Virus record (IMG/VR): IMGVR_UViG_3300030333_001969 | Span: 1,761-65,760 of that record | Reading direction: 5' to 3' (one strand) | DNA length: 64,000 nt | Origin: a virus | Taxonomy: Duplodnaviria > Caudoviricetes | Shown here: one piece after another, positions 1 to 10,943 of the stretch | Layout of the letters: each line of letters starts with the position of its first letter | Position numbering within the stretch: position 1 is the first letter of the stretch | The notes under the pieces: generated by a model | Databases searched by the model: none | Seen by the model: the letters and a program-made list of their open reading frames with translations, nothing else | Told to the model about the DNA's origin: nothing | Made by a program: the position numbers and the translations under genes

Positions 1-1
1 C

Positions 2-3000
2 TGGGCCTTTAATAGCACTAGCATGGGTATCAATCATATCAATATACCCTAACGAATTGAATCCTATGCTAGTAGTAGGGCCACCACTTCTCATAAGAGT
101 ATTTGATTGTAAATCTAAATTACCACCTAATTGTGGAGAGTTATCATCAACAACATCTCCACCACTTGCAGTTGATGCAATTGTCATATCGCTTCCAGAA
201 GGAGTTAAAGTAATATTACTACCTGCAACTAGTTTAATATCTTGGGTTCCAGAACCTGCTCCTCCAGCAGTTAATCTCAGTAATACATCATCTGTTGAAT
301 CTACCCAAGAAGAGGTATAAGTATTTTGAGTGTTAGTATTGGTATCTGTTGATGCGATTGTTATGTTGTTAGCATCAGTATGTGTTAGTGTAATATTAGA
401 ACCTGCATTAAACTTAATATCTTGAGTGCCTGAACCTGCACCGCTTTGTGTTAATCTCAATAATATATCATCAGAAGAATCTACGAAAGATGTAGCATAT
501 GCATTTTGAGTGTTAGTATTAGTAGTTTGATTAACCCAAGATAAGGCTCCGCTTCCATCTGTTTTTAGCACCTGATTAGCAGAACCATCATCACCGGGTA
601 ATGTAAGAGTATAACTTGACGTAACATCAGAAGGTGTTTCAAATGCTACATAATTAGTATTATTATCATCCCACAAAGCCAACCTTGTTTGATTATAGAG
701 ACTAAAGCCGGGGGCTGCTCCCCAAAGATTAGGTTTAATACCAACTAGTTTTGTTAAAGTTTCATTCTTTAATACGCTAAAGGCTAATTCTCCATCACCA
801 CTTAAGTTAGATGAGTCAATCATTGTTGTTGTTATAGAAGCATAAATATCATCACCTGTTGCACCTCCCGGCCCTCTAAATGCTATTTCTCCTATTACAT
901 CGCCATCTGCTTCTCCATCATGGTCACGATATAATTCTAAAATAGGGCCAGCAGTTGCACTATCTACTGTATTAGTAATAACAACTTTACCTGTTCCATG
1001 AGGTTTTAAGTTTATATCTCTATTAGAAGTAGTAATTAAATCGTGTGTTACTAAGTCTAAGTCACCGCCTAATTGTGGTGAAGTATCATCAACCATATTA
1101 CCACTTGAAGCAGCAAGGTCTATTGTACCATCATCATCTTGATATGTTACAGTAATGTTTGTTTCTGTGTTTCCTGTAAACATGGCCCCAACAATATCTT
1201 GAACTTGTTCAGTTGATAATTGCGTGTTTGTATCTGTTGAAGCAATTGTCAAAGTCCCTGCTGCATCATCATAAGTTTTGGTGATGTTAGAACCTGCAAC
1301 AATTAATCCATTTACATAATCTTCAACTTGCTCTTGACTTAGTTGAGTATTAGTATCTGTTGAAGCAATTGTTATATCGCCTCCACTTTCAGTAATGGTA
1401 ATATTTGACCCTGCAACAAAGTCTAAGTCTTCAGTATTACTAAGAGTATTACCACCTGCTGTAATTGTTCTCCATGTATTAGTATCAGTATAGTTACCAG
1501 AATGAATATTAGTTGAACCTTGGTCTATTGTCCAATCTATTATTTCATCATCACTAATACCTAAGTCGCTTCTGACTTCTGCGGCAGTTCTTCCTTCAAC
1601 AGATGTTCCGTCAATCTTCAAGAAATCATTATCCGCTACATTAGCGTTGGCGACTAGAACATTACCATCAGAAATACCAGATGTTAGTCCCTTTACAAAC
1701 GCAAGATTAGTTACTTCTGAATCCATTAATGCACCTGCGGCAGTAACATTTGTTGCGTCTGTTACATCAGCACTTGCTTCAATACTATCTAATTTGGTAA
1801 TCTGAGTTGAAGTTGCTAAACCAGTTTGTGAAGCAGTAGCATTTGGAATGGCTGATGTATATTGCACATTTGGTTTATTAAGAATCTTTGCATCTCCGCT
1901 AGAAGCATTCCAATCTGATTGAACGTTAACTTCTGCACCACTAGCAGGTAAAGTAGCCCAAACCTTTCCTGAGCCTGCTAATTGAGAAGAAGTAATCTTT
2001 CCTAGTATATCATCTATGCTTGCTCTTTTCATTACATCTGATGCGCTATCATCGAACAACAACATAAAGTCGCTACCTATTTGTATATCATCTCCTAAGT
2101 CGGTATAATCTCCTACTGTTGGAGAAAGTTTAGCATTCCAAGTAGAAGCAGAAGCAACATAAGTATCAGCAACGGCAGTTCCTTGCCATGTTCCTGTTCC
2201 TATTGTTCCAACTGTTGCTATACTTGAATGTCCGGTTGTGGGTGATTTTCCATCTAATTGTGTTTGAATAGCACTTGTTACTCCGTTTAGGTATTGAAAT
2301 TCAGTATTACTTATCGTTCCGTTTGCAAGTTTATTTGCATTAATTGCAGCACCAGATTTTATGTTAGCGTCTTCTATATTTGTAATAGAGTTACCTGTTC
2401 CATCAGCGTCAATCGTTTTGTTGGTTAAAATATCTGTTGAATCTTTTAATACTACTGTTCCTGTTGTATCAGGTAATGTAATTGTATTATCTTGGTCAGG
2501 GTCTTCTATCGTTAATGTTGTTTCAAATGAATCTGCCGTAGCCCCCTCAAAAACAATAGCATTAGAAGCATTCATGGTAACAGTATCAACTACTGTTTGT
2601 GTTCCTTGAACAGTTAAGTTACCGCGAATTTCAACATTAGTATCATTATCAGTATCTCCTATGTATAATGTGTCGGTAGAATCTAGTGCTGCTAATATTG
2701 CTTTAACGTTTGTTTCGTCAGTTACATCTGCACCGTCTTCTACATTAAGGAAAGATAAAACATTTGCTTTTGTCATTTCTGTAACATTACCATCTGAGCC
2801 AGCATTATTACCTAACATTCTTGCATTAGTAACGTTTTGCATTCTAGCATAAGTTACTGCATCTGATGCTATTTTCAAAGTGGTTACTGAATTTGCTTTC
2901 AGTTCTGATGAATCTACTGAATTAGCCGCTAACATTGCTTCGGTAACTGTTCCTGTATCTCCTGTTGTTACAACGGTTCCTGTTGTAGCAGGGAAAGTAA

Positions 3001-3607
3001 TCGTTCCAGAACCCTTAGTGATAGTTCCATCATCATTTATTCTTAGGTCTTCTGTATAGTTAGAACCGAAGAAAGACATTGATTGAGAAGATTTACCTAT
3101 ACCTAAGAACTGAATCTTTCTATCTGTTGCTTTGGCTGCGCTTCCTTTAGCAATTTGAATTACTGCTACAGGAATATCTCCGGGTTTAGGAACAGCAGTT
3201 TTAGAATTATTGGCTCCTAAAGTGGATGTTCCTCTAAATTTAATTGTATTTGCGCTTTCTCCACTTTGACTACCATCTGCTATTACAATTAAACCATACC
3301 AGTCATTTGAACTATTAACTGCCCAAGTGGGTTCTTGGTTAGTAACTGCGCTTGCTGTGTTTAATTTACCATCTCTAAGGTATTTAATTTCAGTTATATT
3401 AAATCGAGTATATGAAGAACCGCCGCTATTTTGTGTAATGTCTCCACCATGTATTACAAAAGATAATCCTGTTCCAATGTTTAAAGTATTGATTATGCCC
3501 GAATGGAGTTTATCTGTTCCGTCCTGTATATGCTCAGTATCGTTGTTTCCACTCGTTCCATCAATAGCATTAGACAAAGTGCTGATAAACTTCGGATTTG
3601 TTGCCAT
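2..3607 (-). CDS. Tail fibre / receptor-binding protein, truncated by the window edge (absent from the ORF track)
   Basis: ATG at 3607 overlaps the TAA of the upstream gene (TAATG). Starts MATNPKFISTLSNAIDG; the portions I translated are T/S/G/D-rich with repeated AGSNIT and D(T/N)SPQLGG(D/N)LD motifs. I did not check every codon. Last gene of the tail module. Confidence 0.75.
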   Translation of the reverse strand, partial: MATNPKFISTLSNAIDGTSGNNDTEHIQDGTDKLHSGIINTLNIGTGLSFVIHGGDITQNSGGSSYTRFNITEIKYLRDGKLNTASAVTNQEPTWAVNSSNDWYGLIVIADGSQSGESANTIKFRGTSTLGANNSKTAVPKPGDIPVAVIQIAKGSAAKATDRKIQFLGIGKSSQSMSFFGSNYTEDLRINDDGTITKGSGTITFPATTGTVVTTGDTGTVTEAMLAANSVDSSELKANSVTTLKIASDAVTYARMQNVTNARMLGNNAGSDGNVTEMTKANVLSFLNVEDGADVTDETNVKAILAALDSTDTLYIGDTDNDTNVEIRGNLTVQGTQTVVDTVTMNASNAIVFEGATADSFETTLTIEDPDQDNTITLPDTTGTVVLKDSTDILTNKTIDADGTGNSITNIEDANIKSGAAINANKLANGTISNTEFQYLNGVTSAIQTQLDGKSPTTGHSSIATVGTIGTGTWQGTAVADTYVASASTWNAKLSPTVGDYTDLGDDIQIGSDFMLLFDDSASDVMKRASIDDILGKITSSQLAGSGKVWATLPASGAEVNVQSDWNASSGDAKILNKPNVQYTSAIPNATASQTGLATSTQITKLDSIEASADVTDATNVTAAGALMDSEVTNLAFVKGLTSGISDGNVLVANANVADNDFLKIDGTSVEGRTAAEVRSDLGISDDEIIDWTIDQGSTNIHSGNYTDTNTWRTITAGGNTLSNTEDLDFVAGSNITITESGGDITIASTDTNTQLSQEQVEDYVNGLIVAGSNITKTYDDAAGTLTIASTDTNTQLSTEQVQDIVGAMFTGNTETNITVTYQDDDGTIDLAASSGNMVDDTSPQLGGDLDLVTHDLITTSNRDINLKPHGTGKVVITNTVDSATAGPILELYRDHDGEADGDVIGEIAFRGPGGATGDDIYASITTTMIDSSNLSGDGELAFSVLKNETLTKLVGIKPNLWGAAPGFSLYNQTRLALWDDNNTNYVAFETPSDVTSSYTLTLPGDDGSANQVLKTDGSGALSWVNQTTNTNTQNAYATSFVDSSDDILLRLTQSGAGSGTQDIKFNAGSNITLTHTDANNITIASTDTNTNTQNTYTSSWVDSTDDVLLRLTAGGAGSGTQDIKLVAGSNITLTPSGSDMTIASTASGGDVVDDNSPQLGGNLDLQSNTLMRSGGPTTSIGFNSLGYIDMIDTHASAIKGP

Positions 3608-3963
3608 TAGACGACCTCCATCCTAAAGTTGAAACTAATAGTCTCGTCTGCCCCTATGGGGCCAATGCTATTAAATGTAACGCGGCTTAACATATCACCA
3701 CCAGTCTGTGCATTAAAAATACCTAATTCAGAAATCTTATTACTACCTAATTCTGCACCTGTAAAATCTACTGAGTAAATTAATATATTAGAGACTAAAG
3801 TGGGTGTTGCTGATTTTCTTTGTGCTAATACACTATTATCCAATTCTGTCTGTGAAGCAGAAGAAGAATCTCTACCATCTCCTACGTCTATATATGTGAA
3901 TGCATTTACTGTTTCACCTTTAATCATTTTGCCTAAAGCAACTCTTCCCGCGTCTATTATCAT
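3607..3963 (-). CDS. Small baseplate / fibre-anchoring protein (probable start MIIDAG at 3963)
   Basis: G-R...YIDVGDG...SELGIFNA..GGDMLSR pattern resembles tail-fibre-attachment proteins. ATG overlaps the upstream stop. Lies between tail tip and fibre. Confidence 0.55.
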   Translation of the reverse strand: MIIDAGRVALGKMIKGETVNAFTYIDVGDGRDSSSASQTELDNSVLAQRKSATPTLVSNILIYSVDFTGAELGSNKISELGIFNAQTGGDMLSRVTFNSIGPIGADETISFNFRMEVV

Positions 3964-6900
3964 AGTTTTATCTCCGTTGTTGTGACTGTATCTGTTCCTG
4001 AACCTATTGTTGATATATGTCCTATTGTAGTATTCCACCCCGATAATGTTCCACCCGGAGTTGATACTTGGTATTTAAGAGAAGTTTCCTTCAATAAGAC
4101 ATCTTCCATTTCATAATGAATCTTAATAGTTTCTCCTGCATTCTTAGTAAATAGGGTTCCAAAGCCAGTTTTTTGCTCCACCCCTAGTTCTGATAGTCTC
4201 TCAGCGATTGTCTTATTAAATGTTCCCACAGTTACAGTAGTTACATTAGACATTACATTATCAATCTCAAACACAGTAAACTCTTCATTTTTAATGTCAT
4301 GCGTTTCAAAGGTTAATGTTACCCTATCTCCGGGCTTCATCATTTCATAACCAGTTCTATCCATTTTAATTTGTATCTTTTTTGCTTTTTGTTTATGTGC
4401 AGTTAATGTCTTTTCTGCTTTAATTCTTGCTTCTGAAACGCTTGTAATATTTGGGTCAATTACTTTAACAGTTTTTGTTTTTCCTTTAGTAACAGGTATT
4501 TCTGCTTCAGCCTTAACACTATCTCCAATAACAACTACTCTTGTTGCTTTATCAAACATATTTTCATTCTTTTCTATTTCTAACACAGTTCCTGATTTAT
4601 ATGAAATGTCAAACTTTCTTTTACTATCATAATCATAGGCATCTTTAATTCTCATCTCTCCGGGAGAATTTTGAACAAACTGATATTCTAATCCTTTCTT
4701 ATTAGCCAAGAAATTTATTGCTCCGTAAACATCTTGTTCTGTAAATCTTGAATTTACTATTAATGGTTTTCTATTATAGACTGTTATTTCATCATTGGCT
4801 ACAGGTTTGTATGCAACATCAGCCCCTCCACTATCTAATTCTGCTAATGTTATTGTATTAGTAGAAGTAGATGCTACCTCACCTATAAACTTCCCATCTT
4901 GATTGTAAATATCATCACCAGCAGAAACATTAATTGCATTGTTTTCTAATGTTATTGTCGTTCCTGTAGTATTTTGAGAAACAATATTAGTAGTATATAC
5001 TAAGCCTTTTTCTGATGTATCTACATTAATATTGTTTTCTTCTAAAATGTCTTCCATTGCTTTTTCTGCATCTGTTCCGACATTAAATGTGGTTCCAATA
5101 TATGCTCTTTGAGCCTTTCTCATCTTTGGTTTAACGTGAGTAGTTATATTAAATACTTCACCAAAGGATACAATTCCTTTACCGTTTAACTCACCATCAT
5201 ATGTTATTCTTACATTGGTGGTACTTGATTCTATACTTAAGTCTTTAACTTCTCCTGTATCTCCGTCTGTAATATAAAACTCCCCACCTGTAAATGTATT
5301 ACTATTAAATGGTGGAGTGGCTCTAACGTGTGCAACGGTTCTTCTATCTGGTTTACCATCTATTATTGAATCTACATCTAATAATAAATACATAGCAAAT
5401 AAACCTTCTTCATATATTAAATCATCATTAGTTGCAGCAGAAGTAGTATATGTATCTGCACTACTGCCAAATCCAACCACGCTATCAGTTAGTTCTTCAT
5501 CACCAGTAATATAATTTTGAGTGAGATAATCATATTTTAATCCAGTATCAAACATCTTATTTAGGTCAAAGTAATCAGGAGTATCTTTAAATGTAGTTTC
5601 TGAAATCCTCATTAATCTGAATGTTTTACCATGATTAGCAGTATTTAATGTAGTATCTAATTTAATAGTATGAACTGCATAAGTGCTGCTATCTGTTACT
5701 CCATGATGTATTATTTTTCCAATATATACTGGTTCTCCCTTTAACCTATTAGTAGTAGTAGTTCCATCAAAAGCATCTTTATCTGGTAATGTTAAATTAG
5801 TTCCTACTAATTTGTCTGATACTAAATAATATCCTTTTAAGTTTGGCACATAGTCTATCCACGAATTAATACAATTTTCATCTAACGTTATTGAAAAACT
5901 AGTCGCGTTAAGTGTATCTGAATCAAAATCTATCTTTGGTTTAAATAATGCCTGTGCTTGGAATACATCTCCCTTCTTTTTAAGACCCCAATCGTTTTCT
6001 GTATGTTTCCAACTTCTAGAATCATAGTTAGAAGAATCGCTTCTAACACTATCTTCCCCTAAGAAATGTGAACGTGTCTTAGTTCCAAGATATGTCATTT
6101 CTTGTCCATCAGGAGGTTTTTGATTAATCCTTAAAACTCTACTATGTTGGTCTATCTCATCCCATGCACCACTAGTGCTAATATATGTTCCAAGACTATT
6201 AGACCATGTGTTTATGCAACCAGCATCAATATCAATTACTGCACTTGTTGGACGTGTAAATGCTTTATTTACGTCTTTTTGTTTAGTTACCTTTTTCATG
6301 TCTTTAAATAGTACGTTACAACTGGTGTATAAATGCGTATTGTTATGTGTTTTATACTGCGTTCCATCTGAGTTGCTACCAAAGGTTTGTCTTGTAATAG
6401 CATTTACTATCCTAGAAGGATGATAATATGTTTCGCTGCTATTGCCTGTCCAATCCTTTGCTTGATGGAATCCTGAGATTTGTCCTCTATTGTCATCCGC
6501 ATTATAGTTTGTTCCAGCAACCCCGTCTATACATTCACCAATTAAAGGTATCCATAAGTCATGTCCATTTAATTTATTAGTTGAAGAATTAACTCCTACC
6601 AATAAACGATGTCTAAGATAGTCTCGATAAACCATAGGAACTGACATATACATATTTGGCATATATAATCCATTATTACCCACCTCATCTAATCCCCATT
6701 TTCCTTCAGGTGGGGCTAAAGTATTGAATAATTTTGCTCTTACAATGTATATTGTATCTCCGTTTGCATCTGTTTCATCATCATAACTAAGCATCTTAAG
6801 GTCTTTAGTCGTATCTGTATTGTGAACAGTCAAAGAAGAATCATTTGTAATTGTTTTATGAGCAACCGCTAGTGCTGTACCATCTTTGCCTCTATAAATT

Positions 6901-9900
6901 ATATCTCCTGCTGATAAAGATACATTGCCGCTTAATGTTAGCCAACCACTATTTATACTACCAAAGTTGTCATAGTTTACTGTTAAATTATGATAAAGCA
7001 CTCTACTTCTCGGCCACTTTAAATGAGAAATAGTTTCTAATGCATTTGTCTTTGGTAATGATTCATAGTCTACAGGATTGAAATGCCAATCAAATGTTGC
7101 TTCTACTAACCTCATAACACCAAATCTTTTCATACTAGATGGACTAATAGAAGCAGATTTAATTGTCATGTTATCATAATCTATGTCTCTTTGTTCCATT
7201 ATATTTGAATCACCTGTATATTTTTCATGAGAAACAGAATCTCCCTTATTTCCGTCTTCTTCTAACATTAATCCAAAAGAAGTAAATTCATGAGAATCTG
7301 CTGCAAAAGCAATGTTATTGTGTCTTAATTTAGAATCTATGAACATATCTCCTAATCCCAAAATATCATATGTTTTTGTGCGATAATCAATATTTTCTAG
7401 TTCTGTCCAATTACCTGCATATGAACCGCAATTAGCCGGATTGCTTGAATCATATTCTGTTATCCATTCTGTTGGGGCTTTTCTAACAGAAGAACCACCA
7501 GTTAACCCCATATGAGAACCAGTCCATATATTAGACTCTCTAAGTGGTTTTAGTGAATGTGTTAAATCGCCCATTTCTGCGTTTGTTCCTCCACCAAAAG
7601 CGGTGCTTGCAGTTATTGCTTTAATTGCCCCTGATTCATCTATTTTATATGCAGAACAGTATCCATGAATGTTCTGTTTGTTCTTATTATTATTATAAAC
7701 GCTGGTATGTGTTTCATTCACAGTTCCTTTTTTAAATTTATTTAGTCCGGTGTATCTATATATTGTATCACCAAAGTAATAATTAGAATCTAATTCTGAA
7801 GATAGTCTGTGCAAGAACCCACCCGCAGGTAAATTAGTGTTTACTAAATAAATGCCCGCCATGCCTGTAGTTCCAGCACTACCTAATAATGTATCACTAC
7901 TATTTGTTTCTATACTTCCTAGCACTAATGGGAAAGTGGGTGCTAGACTTATAACAGAGTTAGCCTCGTCCTTTGTATTCATCGAAACAACATTGTAAGG
8001 AGAGTATCCTGATGTTGTTTGCATCGGTTTTAAACTAACACCTGCTTCTGTTTCATGTGCAAGTTTAAATGCAAAAGAAGAATCTTTTCCTCTTTCTATT
8101 GCCTTAATACTATTTATGTCATATCCTAAACTTTCATCTTCTGAATAACTACCTGTGGCTGAACTATATATTAAGTCTGTCTTTGTATTTGATGCCCCGT
8201 TATATAAATTTTTAATACCTGAGTTAAAAGATATTCCATTGTTTCCTAAATGTGATAGTTCTGTTGGGTGTGCAGATGCTTGAACATTCGCCCCTGCTGC
8301 TTTAAGTGCAGATAGATATGTTGAAGTTTTACCTAATCTTACAAATTTAAGTTGTTTATTTCCACTAGTTGGATTAGTTTTATTGTTATGAGTGAATACT
8401 ATTACAGTAGTGCCACTATTATCAGTTGCAGTAGATACCTCTCCCATAAATCTATAGTCACTACCTCCAGCATAATGGAATACTAAGTCATATTTATTCA
8501 AAGCCTGTAATACATCAGAAGTGTCTGTTATAGTAACTCCATTAGTTTGAATTGAAACAAGATTATATTGTCCGTCTAGTGGGTCATTAAAATCTAACAT
8601 AGGGGGCAATGAAGAATATACCATATCAGAAGTTCTATTTAAGTTTTTATTTACAGAATTATTTAATAGTGTTGATATGTTATCTCTTCCACTAACTGTA
8701 TATATCATATTACCATGTTCATTTTTAGTAGAAATATCTTCAACAGTTCCTTGAAATACTGTGTCTTCTATTGAGTAGTTTCCTTCCATATAATATAAGA
8801 AAGAAATATTATTGGAAGGGACGTAAAACTTTTTATTAGGGTTTTGTAGTTTTATATATTTGTTAACTGCGTCACCATAGTCTATTAATACATTATGCCC
8901 ATAGAATTGTTTATTCAAGAAAACTAATTTATTATTATATAAGGCGGTGTTTTCTTTACTTATGGTTTTACCATTAATTGTTAGTCTAGCAAGATTATTA
9001 GAACTATAGACTCCTTCGGTATCTATTGGAATAGAACCAGTTAATCCTCCATTCCATGCCCTTACAAATATTTTTTTCTTTGATATGTTAGGTAATGTTC
9101 CTACTGCTTCCCATGTATTTTTAGTAGGTAGTTTCTTTTTATCTACTGTTATTTGTTGGGTTTTTAAATCAGTCAAGGGACTTGCAATTGCTGATATTCT
9201 ATAATAAGTATTTTCTAACCTTACAATGTCTCCTGTTGATAAAAATGAATCGTTTCTAGCATCAAACCCTTCTTCTATTTGTTGTAAAATAATATTTTGT
9301 CCAGAAGTTGTGTCTGTTGATGCAGTATATGGCAACTCATGTTCAGATAAACTTCCTCTATGTAATGAAGTAGATATTTTTAAATCTGCATCTTCTTTCA
9401 TTTTAAGATGTTTAACACCTGTTTCATCTATAGAAGTAACAGTAGCAAATTGACTTATCCTGTTCTGTGGATTATTTACATTTGTAGGAGAAATTATGTT
9501 TGTTACGCCATTGTTTCTATCCTTGCTGTCTTTAAAATATAAATACTTTCTTGGCCCTGATAAATCTCCATGAATTAATTTATAGGTTGTAGTAGGACTA
9601 TAACTGGCGTGTGCGCTTGTTCTATCAGAAGCATTCCTAGAGAAATTTCTAAAGCAATTAACCCATTCAGATGGATTAGGAGTATATGTAGAATTTGTAT
9701 CTTTATCTGTTGGTGCATCTAAAATATCAGTAGTAACTAAGTTATCTACTAATACACCGTGTTGATTTTTACTACCTAAATCAATAATAGTTGCACCATA
9801 CTTTCTTTCTGTTTTAAATACTGCACTAGTAATAGTTCTACCATAATAAATATATTCAGCAGTTCCTTGAGAATGAGTAAGATTAGTTCTCATATTATCT

Positions 9901-10943
9901 AAAACTATAGTATTGTTTGAATTGTCATGACTCGCAATAACTCCTGCATGAAGATAATTGCTTCCATCTAATATCCAAACACTTTGCCCATAATCAGAAG
10001 TGGCAAAATCATAGTCTCCTGTATAGTCTGTTATAGTTAACGTTTTATTTGCCGTCCAATCAGTATCGGTTCCAGCAGAATTATATGCTTTTGTATTGGT
10101 AGCAAACTTAGTCCAATCTTTAAACCATCTACAAGTAGTTAAAAGATATTTAGTATCGTAATCTAGTTGGTTTTCTATATCTAACCTGTCATTATAGAAA
10201 TACCATGTAGGTAAAGAAACACTACAGAAACCATCATATTTGTCAAGAGTAGTATTAACAGCAGTATCTCCTCTTAAACCATAAGATACGGCTACTATGT
10301 TTGTATTAGTTACTGCTGGCCCTTTGTAAATTTCAAAGTTTGTGCCTTCAGGTATAGTAGTTGGATATTTGGGGCTAAACTCAAACCCGTCACCATACTC
10401 GTCATAACTTATGAGTTTATTTATTTTGGCAAAATGAGGTCTAATTGTTGGGGTAGTGTCATCAGATATTTCTGGATTTATTAAAACGAAATAATCATAA
10501 TTTTCTAAATCTAATCCTGATTCTGGTGCAGACGAACCACCTACCTTTTGTCCGGCAGTTGTTTGTTTAGCATCATAGCATCTAATTTTATGCGATAATG
10601 TATTCTGTTTATTAGTAGCATAATTAGCCAATGTATTAGGATTACTAGAAGGCATTATTCTATTTACTATTCTATCAGTTGCATGATTAGAAATATCGGG
10701 TTCAGTAGTGGCTCCAACATCAGTCGGTGCTTTTCTAATTTCAAAGAAATTAGCAGAACTTCCTTGATATTTTGAACCTAAAGAATCTATCATAGGGTTC
10801 TTTAATGTAGGATTAACTGAAACACTAGTAAACGCTACATGATTTCCTGCTGTCCACCTAGTTGCCCAAAGGTGGTTAAGACTTTCTGAACTGGACACGC
10901 CAGCATTTAATGGATAAACATAGTTAACTGTCATCTTCATCAA
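3960..10943 (-). CDS. Very large tail tip / baseplate hub protein (2327 aa)
   Basis: Size, position, beta-rich composition. C-terminal ATRVVVIG...DPNITS..EAR...PGDRVT...F.V.EI resembles tail hub proteins. Confidence 0.6.
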   Translation of the reverse strand: MMKMTVNYVYPLNAGVSSSESLNHLWATRWTAGNHVAFTSVSVNPTLKNPMIDSLGSKYQGSSANFFEIRKAPTDVGATTEPDISNHATDRIVNRIMPSSNPNTLANYATNKQNTLSHKIRCYDAKQTTAGQKVGGSSAPESGLDLENYDYFVLINPEISDDTTPTIRPHFAKINKLISYDEYGDGFEFSPKYPTTIPEGTNFEIYKGPAVTNTNIVAVSYGLRGDTAVNTTLDKYDGFCSVSLPTWYFYNDRLDIENQLDYDTKYLLTTCRWFKDWTKFATNTKAYNSAGTDTDWTANKTLTITDYTGDYDFATSDYGQSVWILDGSNYLHAGVIASHDNSNNTIVLDNMRTNLTHSQGTAEYIYYGRTITSAVFKTERKYGATIIDLGSKNQHGVLVDNLVTTDILDAPTDKDTNSTYTPNPSEWVNCFRNFSRNASDRTSAHASYSPTTTYKLIHGDLSGPRKYLYFKDSKDRNNGVTNIISPTNVNNPQNRISQFATVTSIDETGVKHLKMKEDADLKISTSLHRGSLSEHELPYTASTDTTSGQNIILQQIEEGFDARNDSFLSTGDIVRLENTYYRISAIASPLTDLKTQQITVDKKKLPTKNTWEAVGTLPNISKKKIFVRAWNGGLTGSIPIDTEGVYSSNNLARLTINGKTISKENTALYNNKLVFLNKQFYGHNVLIDYGDAVNKYIKLQNPNKKFYVPSNNISFLYYMEGNYSIEDTVFQGTVEDISTKNEHGNMIYTVSGRDNISTLLNNSVNKNLNRTSDMVYSSLPPMLDFNDPLDGQYNLVSIQTNGVTITDTSDVLQALNKYDLVFHYAGGSDYRFMGEVSTATDNSGTTVIVFTHNNKTNPTSGNKQLKFVRLGKTSTYLSALKAAGANVQASAHPTELSHLGNNGISFNSGIKNLYNGASNTKTDLIYSSATGSYSEDESLGYDINSIKAIERGKDSSFAFKLAHETEAGVSLKPMQTTSGYSPYNVVSMNTKDEANSVISLAPTFPLVLGSIETNSSDTLLGSAGTTGMAGIYLVNTNLPAGGFLHRLSSELDSNYYFGDTIYRYTGLNKFKKGTVNETHTSVYNNNKNKQNIHGYCSAYKIDESGAIKAITASTAFGGGTNAEMGDLTHSLKPLRESNIWTGSHMGLTGGSSVRKAPTEWITEYDSSNPANCGSYAGNWTELENIDYRTKTYDILGLGDMFIDSKLRHNNIAFAADSHEFTSFGLMLEEDGNKGDSVSHEKYTGDSNIMEQRDIDYDNMTIKSASISPSSMKRFGVMRLVEATFDWHFNPVDYESLPKTNALETISHLKWPRSRVLYHNLTVNYDNFGSINSGWLTLSGNVSLSAGDIIYRGKDGTALAVAHKTITNDSSLTVHNTDTTKDLKMLSYDDETDANGDTIYIVRAKLFNTLAPPEGKWGLDEVGNNGLYMPNMYMSVPMVYRDYLRHRLLVGVNSSTNKLNGHDLWIPLIGECIDGVAGTNYNADDNRGQISGFHQAKDWTGNSSETYYHPSRIVNAITRQTFGSNSDGTQYKTHNNTHLYTSCNVLFKDMKKVTKQKDVNKAFTRPTSAVIDIDAGCINTWSNSLGTYISTSGAWDEIDQHSRVLRINQKPPDGQEMTYLGTKTRSHFLGEDSVRSDSSNYDSRSWKHTENDWGLKKKGDVFQAQALFKPKIDFDSDTLNATSFSITLDENCINSWIDYVPNLKGYYLVSDKLVGTNLTLPDKDAFDGTTTTNRLKGEPVYIGKIIHHGVTDSSTYAVHTIKLDTTLNTANHGKTFRLMRISETTFKDTPDYFDLNKMFDTGLKYDYLTQNYITGDEELTDSVVGFGSSADTYTTSAATNDDLIYEEGLFAMYLLLDVDSIIDGKPDRRTVAHVRATPPFNSNTFTGGEFYITDGDTGEVKDLSIESSTTNVRITYDGELNGKGIVSFGEVFNITTHVKPKMRKAQRAYIGTTFNVGTDAEKAMEDILEENNINVDTSEKGLVYTTNIVSQNTTGTTITLENNAINVSAGDDIYNQDGKFIGEVASTSTNTITLAELDSGGADVAYKPVANDEITVYNRKPLIVNSRFTEQDVYGAINFLANKKGLEYQFVQNSPGEMRIKDAYDYDSKRKFDISYKSGTVLEIEKNENMFDKATRVVVIGDSVKAEAEIPVTKGKTKTVKVIDPNITSVSEARIKAEKTLTAHKQKAKKIQIKMDRTGYEMMKPGDRVTLTFETHDIKNEEFTVFEIDNVMSNVTTVTVGTFNKTIAERLSELGVEQKTGFGTLFTKNAGETIKIHYEMEDVLLKETSLKYQVSTPGGTLSGWNTTIGHISTIGSGTDTVTTTEIKL

